Of a stretch of 64,000 nt of DNA, positions 49,189 through 62,400 are shown one piece after another. The stretch is taken from positions 76,322,001 to 76,386,000 of the forward strand of contig NC_043004.1 of NCBI RefSeq assembly GCF_006345805.1, in the 5' to 3' direction. This stretch comes from Octopus sinensis. Taxonomy: Eukaryota. Within the stretch, counting starts at the first letter, position 1. Each line of letters starts with the position of its first letter. The position numbers and the translations under genes were made by a program. Under the pieces are notes generated by a model, which was given only the letters and a program-made list of their open reading frames with translations, was not told the origin of the DNA and searched no databases.

Positions 49189-49230
<42 letters not shown>

Positions 49231-49419
49231 GACAGACACACAGGCATGCAAACAGTCAGACAGACAGACCGACAGGTGGACGAGCAATCACACTGACAGA
49301 TCTGGGACACGCGTGCTTCCTTTATGTATGTTTTGCTATAACTTAATTAAAAAGTACACCTCAACTTATGTACAACTTCTCATTCTATTTAACCAGGCAT
49401 GCATAAATGATTAGGTACA

Positions 49420-49452
<33 letters not shown>

Positions 49453-49492
49453 ACACACACACACACACACATCTATACGTAAAAAGTACGTA

Positions 49493-49534
<42 letters not shown>

Positions 49535-49727
49535 GACAGACACACAGGCATGCAAACAGTCAGACAGACAGACCGACAGGTGGACGAGCAATCACACTGA
49601 CAGATCTGGGACACGACACGCGTGCTTCCTTTATGTATGTTTTGCTATAACTTATTAAAAAGTACACCTCAACTTATGTACAACTTCTCATTCTATTTAA
49701 CCAGGCATGCATAAATGATTAGGTACA

Positions 49728-49735
<8 letters not shown>
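49150..49735. repeat. 304-bp tandem duplication bounded by (CA)n
   Basis: acagatctgggacacg at 49296 and 49600. Confidence 0.9.
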
Positions 49736-49786
<51 letters not shown>

Positions 49787-49798
49787 TACATACATACA

Positions 49799-49834
<36 letters not shown>

Positions 49835-49849
49835 TATCCCTTTCTCTCT

Positions 49850-50235
49850 TTCTCTCTTTTACTTGTTTCAGTCATTTGACTGCGGCCATGCTGGAGCACC
49901 ACCTTTAGTCGAGCAGATCGACCCCGGGACTTATTCTTTGTAAGCCCAGTACTTATTCTATTGGTCTCTTTTGCCGAACCGCTAAGTGACGGGGACATAA
50001 ACACACCAGCATCGGCTGTCAAGCAATGCTAGGGGGACAAACACAGACACACAAACATATACACACACATACATATATACGACAGGCTTCTTTCAGTTTC
50101 CGTCTACCAAATCCACTCACAAGGCTTTGGTTGGCCCGGGGCTATAGCAGAAGACACTTGCCCAAGGTGCCACGCAGTGGGACTGAACCCGGAACCATGT
50201 GGTTGGTAAGCAAGCTACTTACCACACAGCCACTC
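49850..50235 (-). mobile_element. SINE-A, full length
   Basis: Family pattern. Confidence 0.92.
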
Positions 50236-50261
50236 ATATATATATATCAGGAGTGGCTAGG

Positions 50262-50935
50262 GGCGCAGGAGTGGCTGTGTAAAAAGATGAAAGTCTGTAG
50301 CTTGCAAGCTGGGTATATTTGGCACCAGGTACGTGTGGCCGGATCAAGAAGTAAAGGTTCTACCTAGATGGTTGGGTTCCTTGCCCTACTGTGTAATATT
50401 AAATTTGTATACTTTATATTGTAAATACTGTACACATTATATTGTAAATACTAAAACGTTTTAAGCTACTACACCCTATATGTTTGTCTGTATTTGTACG
50501 TCCCCTCTGTGTAACGCCTTAATGGCGAATCTTCATGAAATAAAATAGCTTGCTTACCAGCCAGACTGCTCCGGGCTCAATCCCACTGCGTGACACCTTG
50601 GGCAAGTGTCTTCGACTATAGCCTCGGGCCGATTAAAGCCTTGTGAGTGGATTTGGTAGACGGAAACCGAAAGAAGCTCGTCGTATATATATATGTGTGT
50701 GTGTGTGCGCGCGCGCGCGTGTCTGTGTATCTGTATGTCTGTGTTTGTCCCCCACCATCGCTTGACAACCGATGCTGGTATGTTTACGTCCCCGTAAGCT
50801 AGCGGTTCAGTTAAAGAGACCGATAGAATAAGTACAAGGCTTACAAAGAATAAGTACTGGAGTCGATCTGCTCGACTAAAGGCAGTGCTCCAGCATGGCC
50901 GCAGTCAAATGACTGAACCAAAAAAAAGAATAAAA
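50262..50935 (+). mobile_element. SINE-A interrupted by a ~265-bp LINE-tail-like insert (50281-50545)
   Basis: Head gtggctgtgt resumes as tagcttgcttacc at 50546. Confidence 0.8.
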
Positions 50936-51226
50936 TAATATTATTTTTGTATTTTTTGTATTATTTTTGTATTCATATTCGTGTGACATCGTCCGTTTTT
51001 CTGTCCTTGTTTTGTATACATTCGAAGCTTTCTTCCAAGCAATCTAATGCGCTTAGCTTAGTTTTTCCTTGGGGCTGGCCAGATTGGAGCAATCTCAAGA
51101 TTAATTAGCCGAAATTGCGAGGATGATCCGGTTCTTGACTGAAGATTGAAGACTTCGAATGTCCGTGTTTTTTGTATCGTCTTCTAAATGTTTTGCGTTC
51201 TTGTCCCAGTTTGTACTTTTTTATAC

Positions 51227-51261
<35 letters not shown>

Positions 51262-51269
<8 letters not shown>

Positions 51270-51544
51270 AGAGAAAAACTTCTATTAAACAATTCAATAA
51301 AGAAAGAGGTTATTGACACCATATAGAAAACATACTATAAAAAAACCTTTATTCTAAAAATCAATAAAGTACAATAAATAGTGAATAGTACTAAAACAGA
51401 TCTGGGACACGCACTACTATTTACTATTTATCGTACTTTATTGATTTGAAATAAGGTTTTTTTTTAAGTATTTGTTTTCTAAATGATGTGAATAACATCT
51501 TTCTTTATTGAATTGATTAACAGAGGTTATTTCTCTTAATTATA
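51262..51544. repeat. AT-rich fold-back with ~130-bp imperfect arms
   Basis: Arms are reverse complements (about 80 percent by eye); short central spacer. Confidence 0.8.
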
Positions 51545-51623
51545 TACATATATTATATATTGTGAAATTTGATTTTAAATTGTTAAATTGAATTTTTCCC
51601 TGTAAATTTGGGAATTATATTCC

Positions 51624-51627
<4 letters not shown>

Positions 51628-51656
<29 letters not shown>

Positions 51657-51774
51657 TACTACTACTACTCTACTACTACTACTACTACTACTACTATTAT
51701 TATTATTATTATTATTATTATTGTTATTATTATTCTATGTTTGACTTTTGCTTTACATTTGCACAAGCTGGCTC

Positions 51775-51858
<84 letters not shown>

Positions 51859-51946
51859 CCTCCTCCTCCTCATCATCATCATTATTATTATCATCATCAT
51901 CATCATCATCCATATTATTATTATCATCATCATCATCATCATCATC

Positions 51947-51998
<52 letters not shown>

Positions 51999-52076
51999 TA
52001 TTATTATTATTATTATTATTCTATGTTTGACTTTTGCTTTGCATTTGCACAAGCTGGCTCCATTATTATTATCATT

Positions 52077-52095
<19 letters not shown>
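51628..52095. repeat. (TAC/TAT/CAT)n tract with a duplicated ~45-bp unique island
   Basis: tctatgtttgacttttgcttt(a/g)catttgcacaagctggctcc at ~51735 and ~52020. Confidence 0.85.
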
Positions 52096-52129
<34 letters not shown>

Positions 52130-52326
52130 TATATATTGTCCTGTACTCCATTTTTTGTTGTTTTAAAAAAAAATGTCCAGTTCCTTTGGTTTGTGTCTAT
52201 GTTTTCGTTTCTCTTTGTGTTCGACGTCCTTTTGGTGTCCTGTACTCATATATGCGTGTATATGTACATGTAGAGGTAGGTACGTACATATATGTTTATA
52301 TATATGCATATGTTTTATTTCATTTA

Positions 52327-52370
<44 letters not shown>

Positions 52371-52624
52371 CATGTATAATTATTTGTCTGCCTACCTACC
52401 CACACGTAGATACACGTATATGGGCACCGGTACTAATAAACACTCGCATTACAAAGACCGTTGCCGCGTAAAATTGGACAGCAAGGCTTATGTCTCCCCA
52501 AAAGAAACAACATATCGATGATGCGTTAATCAATGAACAGGAAAACTCTTCGGCCAAACAATCAACGATTTATCCACTTGATCACTGTAATACTGCTGAA
52601 CTCACCGAGTCATCAACCAGACCG

Positions 52625-53035
52625 AAATGAGACTATTGGGCGCTGCTGTTTTGACGCAGATGATTGGCACAGCTGACTGGACGTGTCTGATGACAGCATA
52701 TTTTAGCAATGGAGGCAAACACGCGCACGCAAAAATATAAGCTGCAAATAGAGAGGGTGAGATAGAGATAAAGAGAGAGGGAGATAGAAGGAGAGAGAGT
52801 AAGACATTACAGTCTATTAATTGAACACAGTTGACATAAACACTTTTTCCTCTCTTCATCACATTGAGAAATATACTCACGCACATAAACAGAGAAGAGA
52901 GGGAAGGAGAGAACGAGGGTAGCGTTAAAACGAGACAAACATTAAAATGTCTGATGTCAGATAAGGCAGCGTCGAGTAAGCGACGCCAAGTGGGCGGCAC
53001 CAAACTGACAGCGCTAAGACGTCTCATATCCCAAC
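52625..53035. mobile_element. Degraded MITE with imperfect TIRs
   Basis: atgagactattgggcgctgctgtttt versus reverse complement of cagcgctaagacgtctcat. Confidence 0.5.
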
Positions 53036-53100
53036 CAAACAGAGACAACTGAGGTACAATAGCATATAATGGGAGTTGTGATCCTAACAGAATGTTACAT

Positions 53101-53337
53101 ACCTATTTCTTTACTACCCACAAGGGGCTAAACACAGAGCGGACAAACAAGGACAGACAAACGGATTAAGTCGATTATATCGACCACAGTGTGTAACTGG
53201 TACTTATTTAACCGACCCCGAAAGGATGAAAGGCAAAGTCGGCCTCGGCGGAATTTGAACTCACAACGTAACGGCAGACGAAATACGGCTACGCATTTCG
53301 CCCGGCGTGCTAACGTTTCTGCCCGCTCGCCGCCTTA
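53101..53337 (-). mobile_element. SINE-B monomer
   Basis: Full head through tail. Confidence 0.92.
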
Positions 53338-54093
53338 GAATGTTACACACCATGCACTCGCTCAGCTGAATTCAATGTCACGCATCAATGATTAATATGC
53401 AAAATTAGAATAATTATTGCTCCCATAATTTCTCAACGTCTCCTTTTTTTATGTTTGTTGATTTTATCTTGATTCGGGAACGTCCACATGAGCCAACAGG
53501 GATGCAGACAAAAAGGAAGCGATACACGGGGAGGAATTAAAACGTTAATTAATTAATTGATTAATTAAAGTGGGAGGGCAGTCACTCGTTTGCGTGAGTT
53601 GAATGAAGGGGGAGGGAGAGTCATGCTTCATGGCGGGCAGAGAAAGAGAAAGAAATTAGTGTTCGAGTTAAGATATTCAGAAAGTTGAAAGGGGGTGGTA
53701 TTTATTATAGCGTGAACCCTAACCCTTAAAACTTAACCCTAACCTTAACCCTAGCCCTAACCTGCAGTCTAGAAAGGAAGAAATATGTACAAGCAAAAGA
53801 AGAGAATTAAAGATAGACTGAGAGATTCAGTGAAAGTGGGAGAGGAGGAGAGGTATCTCGTGGCCGATACAGAAAAAAGACGGGAGCACGAAGGAAATAA
53901 ACAGTAGAGAAACAGACAGAAACAGAGAGAGAGAGAGAGAGAAGAAAGTGAGGAGAGGAAACGTGTATGTAATCAAAGTATGTGGAGGGGTGGAAGAAAC
54001 AAAGACCGATTCAAACTCAGATACACGGAAGACATACGCGCGCGCGTGTGTGTGTATGTGTGTATAATAATCTGTAACTTAATATAATAAAGT

Positions 54094-54190
54094 GTTCCCT
54101 GACGATCCGTTGTGGTCGAGCATCTATAAGTAACTAGCACTTCTATCGCAGGACTTCAAGCAACCATAGTGGTGAAACGCGCCTCGGAAC
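54094..54190 (+). ncRNA. Type I HHR with long stem II, G16.2 to C lesion
   Basis: gttcc-CTGACGA-...cgttgtggt/accatagtg...-GAAA-cgcgcc-TC-ggaac; stem I extends taaag/cttta. Confidence 0.6.
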
Positions 54191-54239
54191 TTTAATACAA
54201 GTCTTTTTTCTTATTTTTCATATATATATATATATAATG

Positions 54240-56135
54240 TACTGATCCGTGAAGAAAATTCAACAAAAAAGTACTCCATCTGGTGAGAGATGAATATTAT
54301 TTATTTAAGCTCACAATACATGTATTAAAGCGCTACTAATAGTTTCATATGTTGAGAGAACTCAAAGATATTCTTCAGGCGCAAACCACATATCATAACG
54401 AACTAAAGAAATTGAATAATAGAAGAAACGCGAAATAAACTGAGAAGGCAGCTTATAGAAAACGCAAACAGTAAACAACGGAAAACGAAAAACAGAAACT
54501 AAAATGTCAAAAATAAAAAGTAAAAGGTAAAAAGGTAAAAGAGCTATCCTCCATAGACCTTGAATGATAAAGCTAGTAGATATCAAGTCAGGAATGGAGG
54601 AAATTTTCCAATTCTTCAGAATATATTTATATATATGCATGCAATCATTGAAAATTTCTGACCTCGAATTCAATAGAGAGTTAGGGAAATTAGAGCAGAA
54701 CAGGATCTGGGCTCTTTCAGCCAAACAAAGTCTACATTTATTTGATCCATTCACATAAGGTATGGATTCCTCAATTGCTTTCCATTTAATCACGTGGTGT
54801 TTCGTTATCTTTCAAAGTCCACACGTAGCTAGCCAACTTAGTAGCTTTACTTTTGTCCCTATGTCGGAAGGAGGCTGTGTGATTCGCAAGGCAATTTTTA
54901 AATTCACCTTCACATAATCCAATATAGGTCTTCTTATCAGTTGTTTTATCATTTAGGGTTGCAGTAACTTCTGCCTCATATATAATATATTTAGTCGTAC
55001 ATCGCTGATCAAGTGGACAGGATCCTTCGTTGCGACAGTTGCAGCTGGATTCAGGTTCTTGGTGTTGAACACGTGTAATGATATTCTTCATATTGAGGCA
55101 GAAACTATATGATAAGTTCACAGAACGCCTATTGAGTTTTTCCCTGTATATGTGAGTTGCTGGGAAGTGTTCGTCTAGAAGTGACAGGAATCTTTTACCA
55201 ATGTTAGTTTTTATATTAAGGGAAAACTAAATAATTTTCCTTGGTCTATTTTTAGGTTTCTTATTATCCTGATTAATACTAGAGTGGTTAATTACTACTT
55301 TATCTTTGATGCTACTAGATATATTGTTAATTGTTTGATTAATAAATAGAGGGATTACATATTTATTTGTCTTCGAAGCCACTATTGGCTTGTTATAATA
55401 GGGAGCAGCTTTCTCGAAAATTTCTTTACTCTGTTACTAATATTAGCTATCAGGTTTTTAAATACTACAAAAGGGTGACAAGATTATGTATATATGCGAT
55501 TTTCTCATTAGGCTTATGGAAAGGTTTATATGAGGAGGAGTTTAACTCTAGGGAAACATCTAAATAATCAACCATAGAGAGATTAGTAGCTACTGTAATT
55601 TAAAGTCCTAATTGATTAAAGATAGAAATTAGTTGCTTCCTAAACCTATCAAGGGTGTGACCACCACACCCATGGGAGATACCTAAACTGTCGTCACGGT
55701 GTATGCTAATGACATGAGATGGTTATCTATATCTCAATGTGTTTAATATAAATAAACCCACATGATCACAGATGTCAGCACTATCACGTGACCCCAGAGA
55801 TACATCGAATAGTTCATCACTATGCGACTTTTTCACCCATGCTAATCATTTACTGAACAATAGTGTTTTCCTAACATTCATGATAAAATCTAGGTCTACA
55901 GGATCAATATCAACATATGATTTTAAAAATTCAGTATTTTTTATCAAGCAGCGATTTTGGTATAGAGAGATAAAAGTCTATAATATCAAACTGGGTAAAT
56001 TTAAACTTATTCTTATTCTTGATATTCTTAAACTAATCTACTACAGTAAAACTTTCTTATATTTAGAGGAAATGGTGTCTTTTAGTCCCTTATCATATAA
56101 ATCGTTAGTAACTTCATATAGGTTATTAGTCCTGT
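54240..56135 (-). pseudogene. Degraded Penelope-like element (RT plus GIY-YIG), 5' end cut by a SINE-B array
   Basis: FTQFDIIDFY, LFDVSLGS, HRDD, YLDVSL, CNCRNEGSCPLDQRC, KTYIGLCEGEFK..NH, KCRLCLAE. Confidence 0.88.
54330..54382 (-). ncRNA. Type I HHR in the PLE 3' end
   Basis: gcgc-CTGAAGA-atat..ttgag(ttct)ctcaa.atat-GAAA-ct(att)ag-TA-gcgc; GUA triplet. Confidence 0.8.
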
Positions 56136-56137
56136 CC

Positions 56138-56833
56138 ACATAACTGGTACTTAATTTATCGATCCCGAAAGGATGAAAGGCAAAGTCGACCTCGGTGGAA
56201 ATTGAACTCAGAACGTAAAGACAAACGAAATGATTATTTCTTTACTACCCACAAGGAGCTAAACTCAGAGAGGACAAACGAGGACAGACAAACAGATTAA
56301 GTCGATTATAACGACCGCAGTGCGTAACTGGTACTTATTTAATCGACCCCAAAAGGATGAAAGGTAAAGTCGACCTCGGCGGAATTTGAACTCAGAACGT
56401 AACGGCAGACGAAATACGTATTTCTTTACTACCCACAAGGGGCTAAGCACAGAGAGGACAAACGAGGACAGACAAACGGATTAAGTCGATTATAACGACC
56501 CAGTGCGTAACTGGTACTTATTTAATCGACCCCGAAAGGATGAAAGGCAAAGTCGACCTCGGCGGAATTTGAACTCAGAACGTAGCGGCAGACGAAATAC
56601 CTATTTCTTTACTACCCACAAGGGGCTAAGCACAGAGAGGACAAACGAAGACAGACAAACGGATTAAGTCGATTATAACGACCCCAGTGCGTAACTGGTA
56701 GTTATTTAATCGACCCCGAAAGGATGAAAGGCAAAGTCGACCTCGGCGGAATTTGAACTCACAACGTAGCGGCAGACTAAATACCGCTAAGCATTTCGCC
56801 CGGTGTGCTAACGGTTCTGCCCGCTCGCCGCCT
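56138..56833 (-). mobile_element. SINE-B tetramer (three full ~182-bp units plus a partial unit)
   Basis: tatttctttactacccacaagg recurs at ~56235, ~56419 and ~56601; only the rightmost unit has the full head. Confidence 0.92.
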
Positions 56834-57082
56834 TTCGCCCAAACGTTCTGCACCTTCTAAGGCTTCTGGCAGTGAACCCAAGCGCCAGATTAAGATACTT
56901 GCTATAGCAGAGAAGGTGAGACTGCAGAAGATAAACAGATGTAGGGTACTCTTAAGAGTGTGTGGAGAGTTTATAAAAGCTTAAATATATCAAAATAATA
57001 AAACAAATGTATACAAATTATAAAAATAATTTTTAAAAATATACAGTACAGTACTGTTTCTACTTCGCGGATTTTCACCTGT

Positions 57083-57501
57083 TGCGGGTGGCTGTGTGGT
57101 AAGTAACTTGCTTACCAACCATATGGCTCCAGGTTCAGTCCTACTGCGTGGCACCTTGGGCAAGTGTCTTCTACTATAGCCTCAGGCTGACCAAAGCCTT
57201 GTGAGTGGATTTGGTCGACGGAAACTGAAAGAAGCCCGTCGTATATATATATATATATATATGGGTGTGTATGTATGTATGTATGTATGTATGTATGTAT
57301 GTATGTATGTATGTATGTATGTATGTATGTATGTATGTATGTGTGTATGTATGTATGTATGTGTGTGTGTGTTTGTCCCCCCCCCCAACATCGCTTGACA
57401 ACTGATGCTAGTGTGTTTACGTCCCCGTAACTTAGCGGTTCGGCAAAAGATACCGATAGAATAAGTACTAGGCTTACAAAGAATAAGTCCTGGGGTCGAT
57501 T

Positions 57502-57502
<1 letters not shown>
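57083..57502 (+). mobile_element. SINE-A, 3' truncated
   Basis: Family pattern. Confidence 0.88.
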
Positions 57503-57533
<31 letters not shown>

Positions 57534-57752
57534 GGCCAAAGAGTAATGAAACATGGAAGAGCGACAACAAAGAGTTCATGAATAAAAGAAAGAGAGAGAA
57601 AGAGTAAAGGTCTATGGTGACTAATGACTAAGGGGGATACAGGAATATCCCCAACATTCAAATACCGTCATGTAATGAGAGACACTCTGTATCATCGTCT
57701 TTTATAAATTTCTCTGAAGGTCTATGTTTGCACAACTTATTCCGTACACAGA

Positions 57753-57838
57753 TAAACCCCGTCGTTTTCGACGGGTATTACGTTAGCATCGGTATAACAA
57801 AAATATTTCCAGCAGCTGTTCTCAAACGACGGGGTTTA
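57753..57838. mobile_element. Tiny TA-flanked MITE-like inverted repeat
   Basis: ta-aaccccgtcgttt ... aaacgacggggtt-ta. Confidence 0.5.
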
Positions 57839-58221
57839 CTTTGTCTACAGACGTTGATGTTGTTACTCTTGTTTAACTTTTTTTTATTTTACGCTGTTAC
57901 GTTTGTCGTGGTTCTTGTTTGGGCGGAGACATGATTTGCTATGCTTTTATTATTATTGCCGCCGCTGCTGATGATGTTGCTTAGCTCCAGGTCAGCTTTG
58001 AATGAACATAGACATTCGACCAAAGATGTTTCAGCTCTGATAATGCGACATTGTGATGAAGACTTGAATTGAAGTTCTTCCAAATACTTACCCAACCCAG
58101 ATTTGTTTACCAAGTATTCTTCCAATTATGACCCCCACCCCCACCGGATTTTTAAAGCCCAAGAATGTTGCTTGCTCGTCAAAACATAGTCCTTCCCCAT
58201 CAGTTCCATAAGTGCAGTTGC

Positions 58222-58321
58222 AACCTTCATCAGGTGTCTTGGGGAAATTTCGAATCTAAATTCTCATTTCTAAGGTATTTTTCGATGTCGTCGTCATCGT
58301 CATCATTATCATCACCATCAC

Positions 58322-58364
<43 letters not shown>

Positions 58365-58497
58365 TAGGTCACTGCCTGGAACTGAACTCGGAATCTTGGG
58401 GTTAGTAGCCCGCGCTCTTAACCACTACGCCATATGCCCGTGTTAACAACAAACACAATGAGGACAAATATCCGTCAAGTGTAAATAATGTAAATAA
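58222..58497. mobile_element. SINE-C, rearranged: inverted 5' part (58222-58439) joined to a forward tail (58440-58497)
   Basis: Both parts align to 15252-15501. Confidence 0.85.
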
Positions 58498-58504
58498 AAT
58501 CCAT

Positions 58505-58632
58505 CTACAGTTGATCGGAGTGGAGCAACGTGAAATGAAGTGTTTAGCTCAAGAACGCAACGCGGCGCCCGGTTCGGAATCGAAACTACGTTCTTGCAAT
58601 CGGGAGTGGAACACACAAACCACTCGGCCATG
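58505..58632 (-). mobile_element. SINE-D 5' part
   Basis: ggagcaacgtgaaatgaagtgt; B box gtttcgattcc on the minus strand. Confidence 0.65.
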
Positions 58633-58764
58633 CACCCTAACTTTTGTCGGTACGCCGAATACGTGCAATAATTTGTCCTTTATTAGTAGCATCGCCATCT
58701 AAGTCCGGTGAAACAACGCAACCACCTTTATAATATGAATTGCTGTAGGATTTCCATTTCAAAT

Positions 58765-59166
58765 TGTTGGCACAAAGCCAGCTATTTCGGGGGATGGGAC
58801 TAGCCAATTACATCGACTCCAGTGTTTCACTGGTACTTAATTTATCGACCCCAAAAGGATGAAAGGCAAAGTCGGCCTCGGCGGAATTTGAACTCAGAAC
58901 GTAGCGGCAGACGAAATACCGCTAAGCATTTTGCTCGGTGTGCTAACGTTTCTTATTTTTTTATTGCCCACAAGGGGATAAACATAAAGGGGCCAAACAA
59001 GGACACGACAAAGGGATTAAGTCGATTACATCGATCCCAGTGCGCAACTGGTACTTAATTTATCGATCCCGAAAGGATGAAAGGCAAAGTCGACCTCGGC
59101 AGAATTTGAACTCAGAATGTAAAGACGGACGAAATGCCGTTAATGGTTCTGCCAGCTCACCACCTT
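58765..59166 (-). mobile_element. SINE-B dimer
   Basis: Two cores; junction gctaacgtttcttatttttttattgccc. Confidence 0.88.
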
Positions 59167-59254
59167 AAATTGCGATAGAATATGGATTTCAAATTTTGGT
59201 AAAAGGCCAGATTTGTTTTATTTAACTCGAATTTTTATAGGTTTTTATCTGCGC

Positions 59255-59632
59255 TCGTATGGCTCTGTGGTTAAGAAGCTCGCTCTTCAACGATGTGGTT
59301 TCGGGTTCAGTCCCAATGCGCGACATTTTAAGCAAGTCTCCTCTTGTATAACCTCGGACTGATCAAAGACTTTTGAATGAATTTGGTTGACGGAAACTGT
59401 ATCGAAGCCCGTCGTATATACGTGTGTGTCTTTGTGCCGGTCTCTTACCACTACTTGACAGACCAGCCGGTGTTAGCTTGTTTACATTCCGCTAGTCTAG
59501 TGATACGGCAAAACAAACAGATCGAATAAGTACTTGACTTACAAGTAAGTGCTGCCATCGACTAAACCCAATCTTTCAAGATGATGCCCCAGCATGACCG
59601 CAGTCCAGGGACTGGAATAAATAAAAGATCAA
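59255..59632 (+). mobile_element. SINE-A, diverged
   Basis: Degenerate head, core and tail. Confidence 0.7.
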
Positions 59633-59957
59633 AGAAATATTTGCCCTTTGCTCCATGATTTATATTATATTATGGCTTTGTGTGTGCGTGTGTGCGACTG
59701 TGCATGTACACACACACACACACACGTGTGTGTGTATATGTGTAACAGAATAATTCCATCCATTATCATAGAGAACAACAAAAAGAAGCTCATTACCAAA
59801 ATTCGGTCAGCAACAAATATTCTACTTATTCAGCAATCTTCACCATCAAACATCGTTGACGTCGCCATTATCAAAAACCTCGCCATTATCAGCATTTCCA
59901 TTATTATTAGCACGAATGCTGGCGTTATATATATATGTATATATATATAATATATAT

Positions 59958-60012
<55 letters not shown>

Positions 60013-60119
60013 AAAGGGCTTAGTAAAATAAATTACTTTGCCGCATACTGAACTCGTTAGAAATAGCAGCTAAAAAAACTTTTATAAAACTATTTCTAAC
60101 ACTTAAAGAAAATTGTTGA

Positions 60120-60122
60120 AAT

Positions 60123-60191
<69 letters not shown>

Positions 60192-60258
60192 ATATGTATA
60201 TACATATATACATATATACATATATATATATACGTTATATATATATGTATATGTATGC

Positions 60259-60290
<32 letters not shown>

Positions 60291-60479
60291 GTATATGTAT
60301 ATGTTATATGTATATACATACATATATACATATATAAATATATACGTTATATATATATATGTATATGTATGCATATATATATATGTATATATGTATATAT
60401 GTATATATATATATATATATTATATATGTATATGTATGCATATAAATATATATATATATATGTGTGTGTGTGTATGTAC

Positions 60480-60511
<32 letters not shown>

Positions 60512-60631
60512 GTTATATGTATATACATACATACACATATACATATATACATATATATATATATACATTATATATATATGTATATGTATGCATATATATA
60601 TAATATATGTATGTATATATATGTATGTACG

Positions 60632-60675
<44 letters not shown>

Positions 60676-60711
60676 TTATATATATGTGTGTGTGTGTATG
60701 TATGTATTATG

Positions 60712-60773
<62 letters not shown>

Positions 60774-60782
60774 ATATATATG
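60120..60782. repeat. (TA/TATG/CA)n low-complexity tract
   Basis: Direct reading. Confidence 0.95.
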
Positions 60783-61164
60783 AAAGACCGGTTTAACTCA
60801 ATTTAAATAGCTGGTATTTTTCAAAATTTATATATGTATTTATTTATTTATTCATTAACTTCTTCTTGTCGACTTGCAGTGTATAGTTTTGTTTTGCATT
60901 CCACATACGTTTGTATCTTACGGGTATTTTACAGGTATTTTTGTGTTATTATTATTTTTATTTTTATTCTTATAAACCTGTTTATGCGTTGTTGAATTAA
61001 TTGATGTTAATCTAGAAAACTTGTAAAACTTGTATTTTCCCTTTCTTCACAAATTTCGTAGTAGATTTAATAAATTTCTCCCACGTTGTTGAGTTCTTCA
61101 AAGAATATGAGTGTTGGAATGACAGACCAGAAAATAAAAATATCAAAAGAATAAGATTTGCAGG

Positions 61165-61630
61165 TTTTTGCTTACAAACCAGTATATTCCAGGTTCAATT
61201 CCTGTCGAGAGTCGACTTTGCTTTCAACCTTCCGACGAACTGGCAGAATCTTTAGCACGCCGGGTGAAATGCGTAGCCGTATTTCGTCTGCCGTTACGTT
61301 CTGAGTTCAAATTCCGCCGAGGTCAACTTTGCCTTTCATCCTATCGGTGTCGATAAATTAAGTACCAGTTACGCACTGGGGTCGATATAATCGACTTAAT
61401 CTGTTTGTCCCCTCTGTGTTTAGCCCCTTGTGGGTAATAAAGAAATAGAAATAGATATTTCGTCTGCCGTTACATTCTGAGTTCAAATTCCGCCGAGGTC
61501 GACTTTGCCTTTTATTCCTTCGGGGTCGATTAAATAAGTTTCAGTTACGCACTGGGGTCGATATAATCGACTTAATCCTTTGTCTGTCCTTGTTTGTCCC
61601 CTTTATGCTTGTGGGTAATAAAGAAACAGA
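61165..61630 (+). mobile_element. SINE-B dimer with a chimeric 5' fragment
   Basis: Junction aaagaaatagaaatagatatttcgtctgcc. Confidence 0.88.
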
Positions 61631-62149
61631 TAATAACCAAGACGGACACTAGTTTCTGAATATACCAAAGCATTATAAGACTAAATAGCAGTCAAATACG
61701 TAAGAACAGAAATGGGTTGAGTTTCACTACAGCTGTTTCAGGCACGTTTTTTTATTGATGAGCAAATCAATTACGTGATTTAAAAAAAAATAATAATTTA
61801 AATCTAAATTTTAACGCTAATGTGAAGGCGCGTGGTGTGTTTCACTCGGGTGCGGGCAGTGAGTTGTGGTCTTGAGCAACTGATCGTTGAACGACACTGC
61901 GATGGACTGACATTCTGTTCAAGGGGAATGGTTAGGATCTCAGACACTTATACGGTATGGAAAGCGAGTACCCAGCCTTAGGAGTCCTAAAACTGGAGAC
62001 AGTGATTTCTAAGGGTTGATGGTGATAATGAGTCACAAACCAAAATTATGAATTCAAAACGAACTCTTCAACAATGGCAACGAATCTGTTTCGTTTGTAG
62101 AAATGAAACCTTAAGTGTCCGGATATGCCATCGATGGTAATATTGGTTT

Positions 62150-62400
62150 CAGACTTTGGCACAGGGTCGGCAAATTATTCGGGAGAGAGCATGAGTTGAT
62201 AACACCGACCCCAGTTTACAACTGGTACTTATTTTATCGACCCCGAAACGATGAAAGGTAAAGCCGACTTTGACAGAATTTGAACTCAGAATGTGAAGAC
62301 GGGCGAAATGCCTCAAAGAATTTTGTGCGACACGCTAACGATTTTACCAGCTCTCGTTGCCTTCCTGAAATTGCTGGCCTTGTGTCAAAATTTGAAATCG
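62150..62400 (-). mobile_element. SINE-B variant, diverged
   Basis: tcgaccccgaaacgatgaaaggtaaagccgac. Confidence 0.7.

Noticed and set aside
53715-53762. Interstitial telomere or chromosome fusion scar
   Set aside because: Only about 7 degenerate CCCTAA-like units in one orientation.
56138-56833. CRISPR-like array (also 47174-47339)
   Set aside because: Whole units repeat with no unique spacers, there are no cas genes, and the context is eukaryotic.
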